A DNA stretch of 63,413 nucleotides, counting the filler, from Phoronis australis (Eukaryota > Animalia > Phoronida), in assembly GCA_002633005.1 (NCBI GenBank). It is 6 parts of 6 records of this genome, joined end to end, with 100 filler letters (N's around TTAATTAATTAA, not from the genome) between each part and the next. Parts side by side here need not be neighbours in the genome. Positions count along the whole stretch, not along the records: positions 37,082 to 56,774 come from NMRA01000506.1; 5 more parts are not named here. One strand, given 5' to 3'. Numbering within the stretch: position 1 is the stretch's first letter; each line of letters opens with the position of its first letter. The notes under the pieces were generated by a model. That model was not told the DNA's origin, did no database searches, and worked only from the letters and a program-made list of their open reading frames with translations. A program made the translations under genes and the position numbers. This document shows, in pieces, positions 39,416 to 52,700 of this stretch.

Positions 39416-42400
39416 GCCAGTATGGATAGACAAGGCCAAGTTTTCTCTGGCTGGGGCAGTCGGCCATCCCTATGGTACAACGTTTGAAGTCAAGCAAGGT
39501 GATTTAGTGAAAGTTGACACCGTTTCCATGTCAACCTCTTCTCTTGGTATGTTTTCTTGCATCTATTCATTGTAGCTTATAAATCTTCAGTAATATTTCA
39601 CCTTTGAAGACGTGTTGTTATTATTACAGTCTGTATTCTTGTACACAGCTAAGGTTTAAGGAAGGTTACCAAGTGACTGTCCTATGCACTGTTGATGTCA
39701 TGGTTGCATGTGTTTGACCTTTTGTGCTAGTGATTCTTTTCTGGGACTCTCTGATCCAATTGAAACATGAGTGGTGTTCCTACAGAGGGGGATGTGGGAG
39801 ATATCTGGTTATGCACCCAATTGCTAAGCAGTGCCAAATTTACTTCTTTTTGTTAACTGTTCTATGATATGACGCACAGCGTCTTTTTACGGTAATGGTC
39901 TGATATAACGTGCCCGAATTTGAGAACCAGTTTTCCCTTCTAAATAACGGGCATCAAACTGGTTCTCAAAATGCAGGCATGTTATATCAGACTATTGCCT
40001 TTTTACTGACTATGTACAGTTCTATTTCACTCTGATTTGCTTGAAAATATCCTTTGAGCTAAAGCCAAGCCCTTTGCCGTGCCATTTTTTGCGAGTGACG
40101 TATAAATTCCCATTCTATGTTATAGATGTCTCCAGTGGTCAAGATAACCGCGAACTATTGGACACAGTTGAGAACCAGAAATTATCTCGTGATGATATTG
40201 AGGCTCTCAAGGACAAGGGAGTCAGTGGACAGGTGAGATTGTTATGAAAACCTCCGAACTGTCCATTTTGCTAGTACTGCCGACCTCTAGTATTTTATGC
40301 AGAATTACCCTTTGTTTGAGCTGAGTCTTGTTTTGTTCACCAGGACTCATGGATTGTATGTTAGAAATTTCTAGCTTAGTAAATTGTAGAAATAAATGCG
40401 CTGTTAAAGATGTATTTGCATGCTTCTGACTATTCAAATGTATAGCGCGAACTAATTGACAATGCTATTAGAACACCATCTACACCAAACAAAGTGCAGT
40501 TGTATTTATTGACAACTTGTAAATGTTAAAACAAAAAATTCTGCAAATAGGTGACCTTTGTTCTAATGACGTACATAGGGAGCTCACTTAACCCGCATCA
40601 TGCAGTGTTATTCCCCAGCACCGCCTGACGATATTTACCAGACATGGTTAAGTGATGTGCGGCAGATCATTTTCGACACAAAACTCGTCCTTAAAAACAT
40701 TTGTCAATTTTCAACCTACTTCATATTTACATCATCGCTATATGTTGTGTTTCTAACTAATTTGGCCAAGCAATCACAGAGATATGGAATCAGCGTGCAA
40801 GTTCCATTTTTGTGGCACCATTGCACACTGGTGATGTCAGTGCTGCCACCATTGTTCAGCAGAGAACTTACTTGCTTAAACCCATTTTTAGTTTATTTTA
40901 ATTTAGGTAATGGTCGGATATAACATGCCCTCATTTGGAGAACCAGTTTTCGCCACTAAATAAAGAGCAAGAAATTGGTTTTCAAAATATGGGCACGTAA
41001 TATCCGACTATTGCCTTAATTTATGTTGTCATGATTGTGCAGGACTCTGAAAAAAAGTTCAATTTTTGGCCAGCTTCGCAACATCACATCTCTGAAATGG
41101 CTGATCCGACTCACCTGAATCTTTCATGTACTATGATATATGCACTGGTCTCCAAAACGCTGTTAGGAATCGTTCTTAGAATTTTCCACTTTTGCATTAG
41201 GGGCTATCAAAAATATGACTTATATGATTTTTGTGAAAAAAATGAAGTTGCATGAAGCAGAAACGTAACAATAATTTAGAAAACTGTAATTATAGCGTTC
41301 AGTAGTTTTTATCTCATGTTATTGATCTTGTTGTTTTACTATGAATGTGACTTTCCTTTTTAATAAATTTTACTAAAAAAACAAGGTCACATAACTTAAT
41401 TAATGGCAGATTGGTGTGAAGTCAAAAATTAAATTCTATGGAATTTCTACTTTCAAAATAGATAAACTTTTGCTGAGTTAAAATTCCAGACTTTTGTAGA
41501 TCTTTGGTGAAATGTACATATTTGTCTTAATAATGTTCTACATGATCACCTTTAGCAGTTGAAGTTTTTAAATCCTTTCAACTCAAACTAATACTACCGC
41601 GATCAACTTTTTTGGAATAATCCTTCGTTCCCTTAACAAAATTGAAGATTGAACTCCGTGACAGTCAAAGTGCTTGAAGTGAAACCGAAACATACAGAAG
41701 GTTACGAGGAGGGCACCCGTCTGCCAGCCACGTTGAGAAGCGGCAGCACAGCCGGGAACCTGTCTAAGTGAGTGTAGGAGGTTATAGATAAGAGTCTTAC
41801 AAGGTACGCCCTTGACTCAACTCTTTTGCAAAGCGGGTGAAATGTTGTTTAACTGTTACTGTATCATCATTGTCATGATTTTGTCTTCAGAATCTGGTGG
41901 AACATATCATTGAGAACAGCGCCACCTTTAAGAACAAGACAGAGTTCTCTCAGCAGAAGTACATCAAGAAAAAAAAGCAAAAGTAAAGTTTTCTAGTCAC
42001 TAATTAACTGTAATAATGATAAGAATAATAAAGTGGGGTTGCATTAACTGAAGTTATTTTAATTTGTTTATTTTTAAAATTAATCGTGATTTTTCTGAAT
42101 GCAACATTCCTTGTGATTAATCTCATTTTGGTGTTAATAATATTATTCTATTCACTTTTAATGTGTAACGTACGCATTGAATAGACCTATTGTGAGATAA
42201 GATTCAAGGTGCATTGTTATCCCACTTCCTGTGACATCTTGATGCTAACATGCTTCTGTACAGTGTAAATTTGTGGCACCTGAGCTTTGTAAGACCTCCA
42301 ACTGGTTTTCCATGAACAAAACTATATATAGACCTCATGCAAGGTTACGCAACGAGGTTGTGGTTTTGTCTCATTTCCCTTTAATTCTCTGTTGTGAAAC

Positions 42401-45400
42401 TCACCAGTTGGCCTTTAAAACACTTTGAAATGTCCTTAGTTATGCAATGGTAACATTGTTGTAAATTATGTAACATTTTGTAGTGTTCAAATTATGTAAC
42501 ATTTTGTAGTGATTAAATTACGTAACATTTTGTAATGATTTGGTGTCATTGTAAATTATGAATTCTATAATCTTTTTAGCATGCTAAATTGATGTATTTT
42601 GCACTATATTTGTACTCTTTTATGCCATTAATTACTAACAATAGAACTTTAATTATGACCCAGCAATTATTATACCTGTATTTTCGGAAAGTTGATTAAA
42701 GAAAATATGTATTATTATTAAGTGGTGTTTTATTTTTTTAATAATTATGAACTAATCGCTGTCTATTTTATCCTTAAATTTCTTTCCAGGCACCTTCAAA
42801 TATACACAATACTGAAGCCTTGCACCCGACTTCTCTTTCAAATGTATTACAACAGAGGCCCGTCGAAAGTTTGGTAAGTAGCTTCATTGCGGGCTATGTC
42901 CAATTCTATATGAAAGTCAAGGAGCTTCAATCTTTGAAGTGTTTAAAGCGTCTCTGTCTAATTGGAGGTGCGGATTCATTGCAGTTGAGATTGCGACTTC
43001 TTAGCTTAATTCTCGGTCACAAGTGAAGGCAACTCTGACAATAAATTAGGCTTCTGGCTAGCTGTCATGACGGCGAGTTCCAGGTCGAATACTTATGATG
43101 TAAACTGCATGAGTTTTGTGACATTATACAACTTACAAATTTGATACAGTTCTTTGTCAAATATATTGATTTTAGACTTTTGGAATGTTTTTCATGTTGG
43201 ACATTGAAACACCATTTTATGAGCAGTAGTTCAGCTGTAGCACGCTGGTGTCTATGCTGCTTATTAACTTTTTACAGTTACATGCGACTAGACACACTGT
43301 CACAGATTCTAAATCAAGGCAATGTACACCCACACTGTAAGCTGATGGTTGTCGAGAGTTGCCAGGGAATGTTGCTAGGTGCTATGATGGAACGAATGGC
43401 CGGAACAGGGACAATAGTGCAACTACATCCAGGCTCATCGGGTCCAAGGTAAGCTGATTGTGGAACAGCCGAAACCCAATCTTGGCCTTTCGGCATCTTC
43501 ATTGAGTGAAATCTTATTTTCAGTGGACGAAATCTGTGGTCTTATGCATAAGCCGTGACGTCACTATTCACTAGCGACACCTGGCAGACATAGCACGTTT
43601 TATTTCCGACAAGTATGCTAATCGTGGTTGAAATTGTTTTACTTTGTACTGGACAGTAAAATAGATGCAAGAATTTCCTGTCACAATACGCTAACCGGAA
43701 GCTGAGTTTGCTATGTTTAGTGGTTGGTGCCTCCTCTAGGATATTGCGCAAGAAAATGTCGGTGTTGTGTCTATAATCTTTGGTGAAAGGTAGTTTCTGA
43801 ACGAAAGTAAGTAGTAAATTATAATTGTTATTTAGTAACACCGTGCATATTGCAGGTAAGATTAAAAGTTCTCAATTTTTGTTTTCAGTTTTTGTCTCTC
43901 ATATCTCATAGTGCATGCTGTTTGCTCTCTTATAGTGTGAATTAATGGGCAAGCAAAACGTGTCATAATATCTGTTAATCCATATTTCAGACAAGCGTTA
44001 GAAGGTTATAGTTTCCCCAAAGAGTATTTCAAAACTCTCCATGGTTTTCCACTGGACAGAGTAGGTTCGCTAAAGATAAGGACTGCGCTGGGAAATGATA
44101 CACCAGTGGGCACAGAATCTGAACTAGTCTCACAAAAACAAAACTCTGAAAAGGCAGTAGAGTGTAGGACTAGTGATGATAACGGGAATGGCCGGATTGA
44201 AGATGAGACTGATGAACAGATGGATACAGATAGTAAAAATGAAGAGCGTGAGGGAGATGTTGATGAATCTGGTAATTTAGAAGAAAAGAGCGTGTTGGCA
44301 GAGTCATGCGAGGGATCGGGCAAAAAGCCAAAGTTAGATGAGGTGAGGAGGTTACAGTTCTACAATCACGGTCAAATTTAAAAGCAGTGGAATCCTTCAT
44401 TTTTATGCACCCACATATTTACATGTGGATGCATTATGCTGTCATCTCCGTCCGGGCGGCGTCCGGGCGGCGTCCGCTGCTCTGTCTCCAAAACCTGACT
44501 TACGTTAATGAAATTTGGCACATATGTTCCATTCATGAATGTTTTTGTTGCACCTATGGCTGTATCTCCTAAACCGTTCGCAGGATCTTTACTTAATTTA
44601 GCAAGTGTATTTATATGATGTTGACTACGGATGACGATGACTTTCGGACAGATCTGACAACTGCTGTGCCCCCTAGTGGCAATTTAAATTTTTTTACGTT
44701 TAACTCGGTGTCTTCAAAGGTCCTCAACAGATTTTCATAAAATTTTAAATATAGGCATCTGTTGGTGTGATGACACTATCTTCCTGTTTTTGGATGGAAT
44801 CGAGGTACTTTGCACCACCTAGTGGCCATTTTTTGCTGTTTTCAAATCTTGTTTTTGGTGTCCACCCCTGTATCAACCAAATCATTTGAAAATTGGCATA
44901 TATGTTCTCAATGTGAAGATGACCTTTGATGATGGTGACTGACTACTGTGGCACCTCCTAGTGGTAGTTTTGTTTCGCGCCCATAGTTGTATCTTCTAAA
45001 CCTACTGTAGGATCTTTACTAAATTTAGTAAGTGTATTTATATGAAGATAACAACAGAGGACGACGACTTTCAGGCGGATCCAACGGACACATTTTATTC
45101 TGTTTTCCTTTGTTTCTCTGAAGTTCCTTGACAGATTTTTATGAAATATGGCATGTTCCTGTTTTTGAATGGATTGTATGTTTTTGCGCCATCTAGTGGC
45201 AATTTTTATGATACAAATAAATAACCCTAAAACCACACCATTTGCAATGCATTTGTGGGCGCATTTCAACGTTCCGCGTTGCTCTTGTTTAAACCTTTCT
45301 TTAGTTTTGGAACAAACAATAACTTCTGTGAGAATATTTTACGCTTAGCAACTGTGAACTGGCCTTCCATTAGAAAACTTACTTTAATGCACTTTAATGC

Positions 45401-48400
45401 AAGAATGATATCAACTTGTTGCTTACATGGAAAACGGGAGATTTGCATGCTTGGGAAGAGCTGGCTGCTCCCTATTGTTGGAGGCCAGGGCTGCGTTCCA
45501 TAGACGCAAGATCACTCAGAAATATTACCATACATAATATTGAAGCGCATGATTACTTTCAGCTTGTTAATTCGTGTGCCACTCATGGTATCAAACAATA
45601 ATGAAGTGTCAGTTCTTTCCAAGCCATTAATCAAAAGCTGTTTTATTCACAGAGGGCAGCTTCATAATAGCCTTAATTGAGGAAATGTGATTTTCACGCA
45701 CATTCAATGTAAACATTTGTTTTAGACGTATTTTTGACTGTTACCATTTCTTGAACGTTCTCGTATTGTGTTCAAACATGACATCTAATGAATGTTTCGA
45801 TGTTCAAATTTTCGCCTTCCTGGAGTCAATGAGACACCAAAATGTGGACGATTTCAAACTAGGTCTCATTTTTTACACAGTTTAGGTTTTGTTACTTGTT
45901 CAAGTTACGCGTACTCTTTTCATCATGTAAAAAAATTCTTTAAGTAGGTGTTTCTTTTTCATGTGCGTTCAGAACAATCGTTAAGTTGCAATGTGGCAAT
46001 TCCCGTAGAAATCATTGTGTGAATCCTGTCAGTGTTCATACAACTGCTGTTATATATCTTCAGCCATCTGATGTCACAAGCGACAGAGAAGAGCGGCGAG
46101 CACAGAGAAACAGGAGGATAATGGAAGTGCAGGAAATTATAGAAGCTGGAGAAATGGATGGGTAGGCAGTGGCCATTTTCATTTGAGGAAAACATGAGGC
46201 TGCATTTCACCTTGTTTAGTTGGCTAAGAAAAAACTCTCAAATTAGGCCTTATAGGCTCTTGAAATCATTCTCATGATATTCCTTACCGTGATAGGATTC
46301 TATTTGCGAATCCAAGTCAAGTCATGGGCAATGCATACATGTGCCATTTTCTAATTCTTGCAATTTTAGGATTGGCTAAGGACATTGCATAGGCAATGTG
46401 TGCATGCGACATTTTCAAATTTGCAAATTTAGGATTGGCCTACTCCAATAATTATAGTTTGAAGTGTTTTCTCAAGTTGCTGATTACCTCGATGTTCTTG
46501 TTGGTAACAGAAACATAATCCCATCATGGTAAGAATTGTTATGAGAGAGGTTTTATCAGAATAAAAGGCCCGATTCGATTTTTGTTTTTTGCCAAATAAA
46601 CGAGGCAAAACGTAGCTTTAAATTATAGTTAGGCTTAGCCAGAACAGAAATGGGCTTGTGTACTGAAACAAGCTAGTGTTGATGTGCAATTTTGTTTTTA
46701 TTTCCACTTTTCATTGTCAAGGCACACTCATTTCTGTAACAAAGATATTTTGTTCTTGCTTTTGAAAAAGTCAGTGTTTTGCCAGATTTCAAAGAAAATG
46801 TTTTGATTCGCTGCTTAATTAATTGTCTTGTGAAGGGAAACTATTCAACGTAATTTTGATTTTGACTTGCCCCTAGTATGATTACTTGTCATTAGGACTT
46901 TGTAGTTTGCACGTTCAACGGTTATCTTAGAAAAATGTTGCTATGGATCTCAAATCTATGAAGGACCTTGGGTCATGTTAGCATTCTCTGTCCGTTTTCA
47001 ATTTGATTTTTATTGGGGAGCGATATTTAGCTGCTTGATTTTGTTTTCTTCCTCAGTCTGTACATCACATGGCTGTTAGTGATTTGTGTAAACAGCTAAG
47101 AGTGTTTCAATAACCAAACACCTATTACACATCCACAATTGGGATCTGTATTTTGGCAATATGAAGGACCCTATATCATTGTTTTGGTCACTCATCAGTG
47201 TCAATCAGTGTCAGTTTCATGGAAGGGACCAGAGACTTTGAAGTTTTAAAAGACTGAAATTTTAGTCTTGCGCTCCCTCTTCACATTTGCTGGAAAAAGG
47301 TTTAGTGAAGTAATTACAAGCACATCACAGTCTGGAAATAATTCTTAGAAATTATCTCTCAGTAACTAGTAGTTATGTGTATTTTCTCAGAGACTTTCTA
47401 GTGTTGCTCATGTGAGATTTAAATGTATTTCTGAAATGACTGTGAAGTGTGTAAGACTAAATAAAGTATTAAGCTACAGGTAGTGTTGCTCATGTGAGAT
47501 TTAAATGTATTTCTGAAATGACTGTGAAGTGTGTAAGACTAAGTAAAGTATTAAGCTACAGGTAGTGTTGCTCATGTGAGATTTAAATGTATTTCTGAAA
47601 TGACTGTGAAGTGTGTAAGACTAAATAAAGTATTAANNNNNNNNNNNNNNNNNNNNNNNNNNNNNNNNNNNNNNNNNNNNNNNNNNNNNNNNNNNNNNNN
47701 NNNNNNNNNNNNNNNNNNNNNNNNNNNNNNNNNNNNNNNNNNNNNNNNNNNNNNNNNNNNNNNNNNNNNNNNNNNNNNNNNNNNNNNNNNNNNNNNNNNN
47801 NNNNNNNNNNNNNNNNNNNNNNNNNNNNNNNNNNNNNNNNNNNNNNNNNNNNNNNNNNNNNNNNNNNNNNNNNNNNNNNNNNNNNNNNNNNNNNNNNNNN
47901 NNNNNNNNNNNNNCAGTGTATTAGAATCTGACTTGGTATTGTTCAAGGCAAAACAAGGCATGATTGCAATACAAGTTTAATGTGCCCATATTGTGCTCCG
48001 TCAGTGTATTAGAATCTGACTTGGTATTGTTCATGGCAAAACAAGGCATGATTGCAATACAAGTATAATGTGCCCATAGGTCCAGGTTGAGCATTCACAG
48101 TGCATTTGTGAGAAATTTCATGATGCTGTCCTAAATTTATCCCTGGGTGATATTAAGTTCAACTTTTTGCCTTCGATATTCACTAGGTTGATAGTGGTGA
48201 GCAAGTTCCACCCATTGTCCATAGTCATGAAGTTGATCGACTATTTAGTGCCCTCCCGTCCCATGGTCATCTACTGTCATTATAAAGAGGTAAGTGAAAG
48301 GGTTTCCGAAGTTTGTCACTACTTTAGACATGATAATATTGATATACGGTTCATTCCATTTGGTTTCTGAAATAGTCATCCATCTTAGTCAATTAGAATT

Positions 48401-48831
48401 TTTTTGGTTGACAACACTTTGTTGGCTTTATTTGAAATACTACTCTGGTTTGAGAAGGAACAAAATGAGGCAAAGGTGGAAGTAGTATGTTGTTAACAAA
48501 TTCTCATTTGAGTTATGGAAAGCGCTCCTTCTGTGATGTTTTGTAACGCATGGTGGTGATCAAGATTCACTGTTTTGAGTCTAACCTCTTGTTCTCTCTG
48601 AAAAGTGCTCTAGCATTTACCTCAAATCTTTACAAAGTCGAATTTGGCAAATCGTTTCAGCCCCTTGTGGAGTGCTATACAAAGTTGCGGCAAAGAGGTG
48701 GCGTTATCAATCTACGGCTGACTGAGACCTGGTACAGGGAACATCAGGTGCTCCCTAGTAGGACTCACCCCCAGATCACCATGAGTGGGACCGGGGGTTT
48801 CCTACTCACAGGACTCGTGGTGACTAAATAG
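39416..48831 (+). CDS. TRMT6: tRNA (adenine(58)-N1)-methyltransferase non-catalytic subunit TRM6; exons 39416-39546, 40126-40232, 41891-41982, 42790-42873, 43278-43448, 43991-44342, 46064-46161, 48187-48289, 48661-48831 (exon 1 not found)
   Basis: All nine exons have AG/GT and compatible phases. Motifs VGHPYGTTFEV, DNRELLD..NQKLSRDDIEALK, IIENSATFKNKTEFSQQKYIKKK, MRLDTLSQIL, GMLLGAMMERM, LIVVSKFHP, PSRPMVIYCHYKEPLVECYTKLR and TETWYREHQVLPSRTHP..MSGTGGFLLTG match Gcd10/TRMT6. Stop TAG ends at 48831. Confidence 0.96.
39891..39999. mobile_element. ~110-bp hairpin MITE in a TRMT6 intron (second copy ~40906-41016)
   Basis: GGTAATGGTCTGATATAACGTGCCCGAATTTGAGAACCAGTTT pairs with AAACTGGTTCTCAAAATGCAGGCATGTTATATCAGACTATTGCC; a diverged copy is 1 kb downstream. 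Confidence 0.7.
42460..42541. repeat. Minisatellite, ~26-bp unit x3
   Basis: AAATTA(T/C)GTAACATTTTGTA repeated three times. Confidence 0.85.
44400..45289 (+). mobile_element. Helentron-associated non-autonomous element (HINE/DINE-1-like), complete copy in a TRMT6 intron
   Basis: Starts TTTTTATGCACCCACA..TGTGGATGCA (inverted repeat), then a CGTCC microsatellite, central ~150-bp tandem units, the subterminal repeat TGTGGGCGCAT and a terminal stem-loop CAACGTTCCGCGTTG before CTCTTGTT. This is the DINE-1/HINE layout. Confidence 0.8.
47399..47636. repeat. 82-bp tandem repeat running into a gap
   Basis: TAGTGTTGCTCATGTGAG starts at 47399, 47481 and 47563. Confidence 0.95.
47914..48078. repeat. 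88-bp tandem repeat emerging from a gap
   Basis: CAGTGTATTAGAATCTGAC starts at 47914 and 48002. Confidence 0.93.
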
Positions 48832-49721
48832 ACCATCAGATGGAGACCTAGTCAGCTGTCGGTGTTATTTGTATAAAGAGCAAGAAACCTTATCCACCCT
48901 CAGCTGTGTCAACTCTATTGGCTCTGGCCGAGCAGAAGAGCTTGGCCACATTTTGATCAGCTTCATTTTTATGATGATTTGATATGTAATTGGTTATATT
49001 GGCGAAGCAATGTGCTGGTTTTTGTGAGAAAAGGATTCTGTTTGTAAAAAGAGAACAGTGGTGATGAAGGAAAGACGGCTTATGAGAAGAGTTGTGTTTA
49101 ATAGTAAAAAAGATCTGTTCATAAAAAATTCTTTGTCTTGCAAAATGAAATGTTTAGAAGAATTTTTGGTTTGGGACAAAAATGTAGCTTGTGGCAGAAG
49201 TACTAGTGTATTTTTTGAGAAAAGAATGTCATTGTTGAGAATGCTTGTGAGCTTCAGGAGTCTATACAAATCAACAGGTGGTTTGTGTAACATCCATTTG
49301 TGAATAGAAGTACCTCCATCAACAGCCAGGCTGTAGGAAGTATGTTTTTTGATGAACGTGACTACAGTAAAGTAAAATCTCATCAATTTAGGATGCTGTG
49401 AGGGACAAGTGAAATTTAATTTTAAATTCTCATTTTTTGAAAAAAAATATAAGAATTGAATTAATGTTGAGGATTTCAAGTTTTGTGTCATAATTAACAT
49501 GATCATGTATTTAAAATGTGAACATTTAAGCCCTTATGAAATGAAAAGAAAATGATTCTTGTCTGAAATGGGTGAGATTACGGTGATTTCAAACGAATCT
49601 TCTTTTGTCAGATATAGAATATTTATTTTTACACTGACATAAAAAGTTGCATTTTGCAGAAAATTGGCCCCAAAGTACCACCACTGTTAAATTGGCAAAT
49701 TGAAACATTTGATTTGTCATA

Positions 49722-52700
49722 TTACATAAAATCAAAATCAACAAAGTGGTAATGGTCACTTATAACAATCAGAATAATGGTGGTGACACTTGTCAACAGA
49801 AGATAGCGCTGCGCCCTGGTGAGGTTTTTTATGTAGTTGATCATAACAATAACAGACATGGCACAACTGGCTCGAAAGAACACGAAGCTGGTAATGGCAA
49901 ACAACAAGCGTACATAAAAGGACCTAATGGTTGTATAATATGGAATGACTAGGAGACCAAAAATTAATACAACAACATTGAAAAAGGTTGATATTTCATT
50001 AAGCTCGTGGGCTCTAAACTCGATGCTTGTGTAGGATAACTCAAAAGCACACTTGATGAATTTGGTTCTGTATGTTGCATATGCCACCAGTACTGAAATA
50101 AAAAGAACCTGGCATATTAGTTAGTTGAAATTGTCACATTAAATTGTTTTCTAGTAAGCGATCAGTAATTTTTCAATGTAATATATTGTCTTGAGTAAGT
50201 CATACCAGACAAGAGACATGAGCATGAACACAAACGAATTTGAAAGCAACTTAATTGACAGTAAAACTTCAGATCCCCTAGCGTAGTCACAGGGGGGGGG
50301 CACCCCCACCCCTCTGTTGATTGCAAAGGGCCCATGGGTTGCCAATCATTTTAGCCAGACCAGTCGCAAACAATTCGCACTTTTCCTCCAGTGGAATACG
50401 TCTCGTCAATGTTCCACTTATTTTCGATATTCCGACACTAGTCACGCAATGGCATAGAATCAAAAACAAAACCCTTCCACAACTCGGGGTCCTTGATTAC
50501 TTCAGGGGATATATATTGGATTAGAATGTGCAATGACACCCCCTACTCATTTTTACAGAAGAGCACCCTGAGACTTCATGTAATATAAACTCAACTGTTA
50601 ATAAAAAGATGAACTGAACAAAAACAAGTTAGGCAAGTCTGTTTTCCAACAATTCATGACAATCTGCAACACAATGTATGCTGTTATATTTGCACAAATA
50701 CTTACATATGACTGTAAGTCTAAAGGTAATTCAACAATTTTAATACACTACTTGTGCATAATATACCAGCAGCAGAACTAAAATTATTGAAATATTGAAG
50801 AGTTATCAACGTGAGTAAAAACAATAGGCCAGTACTGTAACAATGGATTTGCAATACTTAAGAAAGTAATTAATTTGCAAAGAAAACGATAACTTTCACA
50901 GGTTCATGGATTGTCTGGCTATATGATACAATACAACCCACTAAAAAGTTTTTTACAATGGAAAAATGCAATTTCACAAAAAATGTATTTCCTACATCAC
51001 TTTCAGTTATCACTGGTCTGTGCAAACACTTTTAAAAGCTGCATTTTGCCTTGTTGAGCTGGCTAAAAATGAAAGTTAAATTGGACCTTTTACTCTGTCT
51101 AAAGGTATTCCTTACTGTGACAGGATTTAACTTCTGTTACCAACTCGAGTAGCAGCCAATGTGTACATACATACGCCATTTTCTCCATCCACAATTTTAC
51201 GGTTGGCCTACCCCGATTAACTCTGAAAGCATTTTCTTGCCTCACTGACGGCTTCAATGTTATTGCTATTTATGGAAATAGAATCCTATCACAGTAAGGA
51301 TTATGACTGATTTTATGACAATTTTGAATCGTTTTTAGTCAGCGAAACGGCGAAGGGCAGGTTTGACATCTACTTACTTGAGACATTAAATAACATGATT
51401 GGCACAAATTTACTCCAGTCCAAGGCAAGTCGTGGCAAGTATTCCCTGGAATCTCGCCACTTGCACAGGTCTCTTATATACTGCTCATGAACACAGGGAT
51501 CAATTGGTTTGGCCTTGAGTGTATCATAGTAAAGCTGGGTGTAGATTTCAGACAACCTCATTAGGTCTGTAGTAATACTCGACCACAGGTTATCGAACAA
51601 CTCCGTGGTGATGGTTGGCCGAAACACATGACCCAGTAAAAAGTTTCGCCTGTGATGTAATCTTGCGATACATTCCTCGTGGCTGGCACCTGGAAATGAA
51701 ATGGGGCAAAAACATTTGACACACAGTACAAGTTATGTAAATATGACCATTTCATCAGGTTGCTCATCTCAACTGCATTATCCATTAACCAATTCAGCTC
51801 CACCTGTCTCGTTTAAATGTAATGGTCTCATGCCTACAGCAGCATATTTCCTGATCTTCAAACACAGGTATGCGGCCATAACTTTGGAAAACGTGGGTTG
51901 ACTTTGACTATTAAAACACAAGATTGCTGATGTTTAAGCTTCTTAATCTTTAGTCATCTATTTTTTTAGTAAAAAATGAAACGCTTAAAAAATTTACAAA
52001 TGCTCAGGCATACAGAACTTTTCATAATAACAAATAATAATAAATGTCCTGGTTACGAGAATGAGCTCAGGAAACATCTAACATAAAATCTTGGATACTA
52101 TGGAGAGCTGCAACAAACACAGCATAAAGATTTTTAATCTGTATATTATCATTTAGTCAGACACATGGTCAAGGGGGTGAAGGGTTTTTTGTGACCTACA
52201 CAACGGCATTGTGCCATGTGCTATCATCATCATGAAACAGTTTTTGAACTGTGATTTGAAGATCAACGTGAAACTGATGTATTTTTTATGGTACCGTGGA
52301 TTGTGAAATCAATTATTTTGAAACCATGAATATGAACGAGATGTGGGGGGATAGAATTCATGGTGACACTTGATTGTGGAAGGAGCAAAAATTTGTTGTG
52401 ATCCGTGAAATTCAAAAAGTACCATCACAATACCAATGATTTTGTCCCCTTTGTCAAGCACTGAAAATGAAACTAATACAGCTGGTGCTGCTGCACTGAT
52501 GTTATGTCAAATACAGTTACCACTAACACACTGATTTTGCCTGCAGCATGTAACGCACTTAATAATGAATGTCACTTGACATTTTGTTGGAAAGACTACA
52601 AAGATGCGGATAGTTGAAGTACAAAAGCACAGGCATCTCAAGCGTAAATATTCACCCTTTGTGTCCTGGATCCACAAGTTTGACTCAAATGGTGTCAAGC

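Noticed and set aside
48994-49506. 170-aa minus-strand ORF
   Set aside because: Low-complexity AT-rich reading in the 3' UTR zone, beyond the HEPN gene's poly(A) signal; no motif or splice support.
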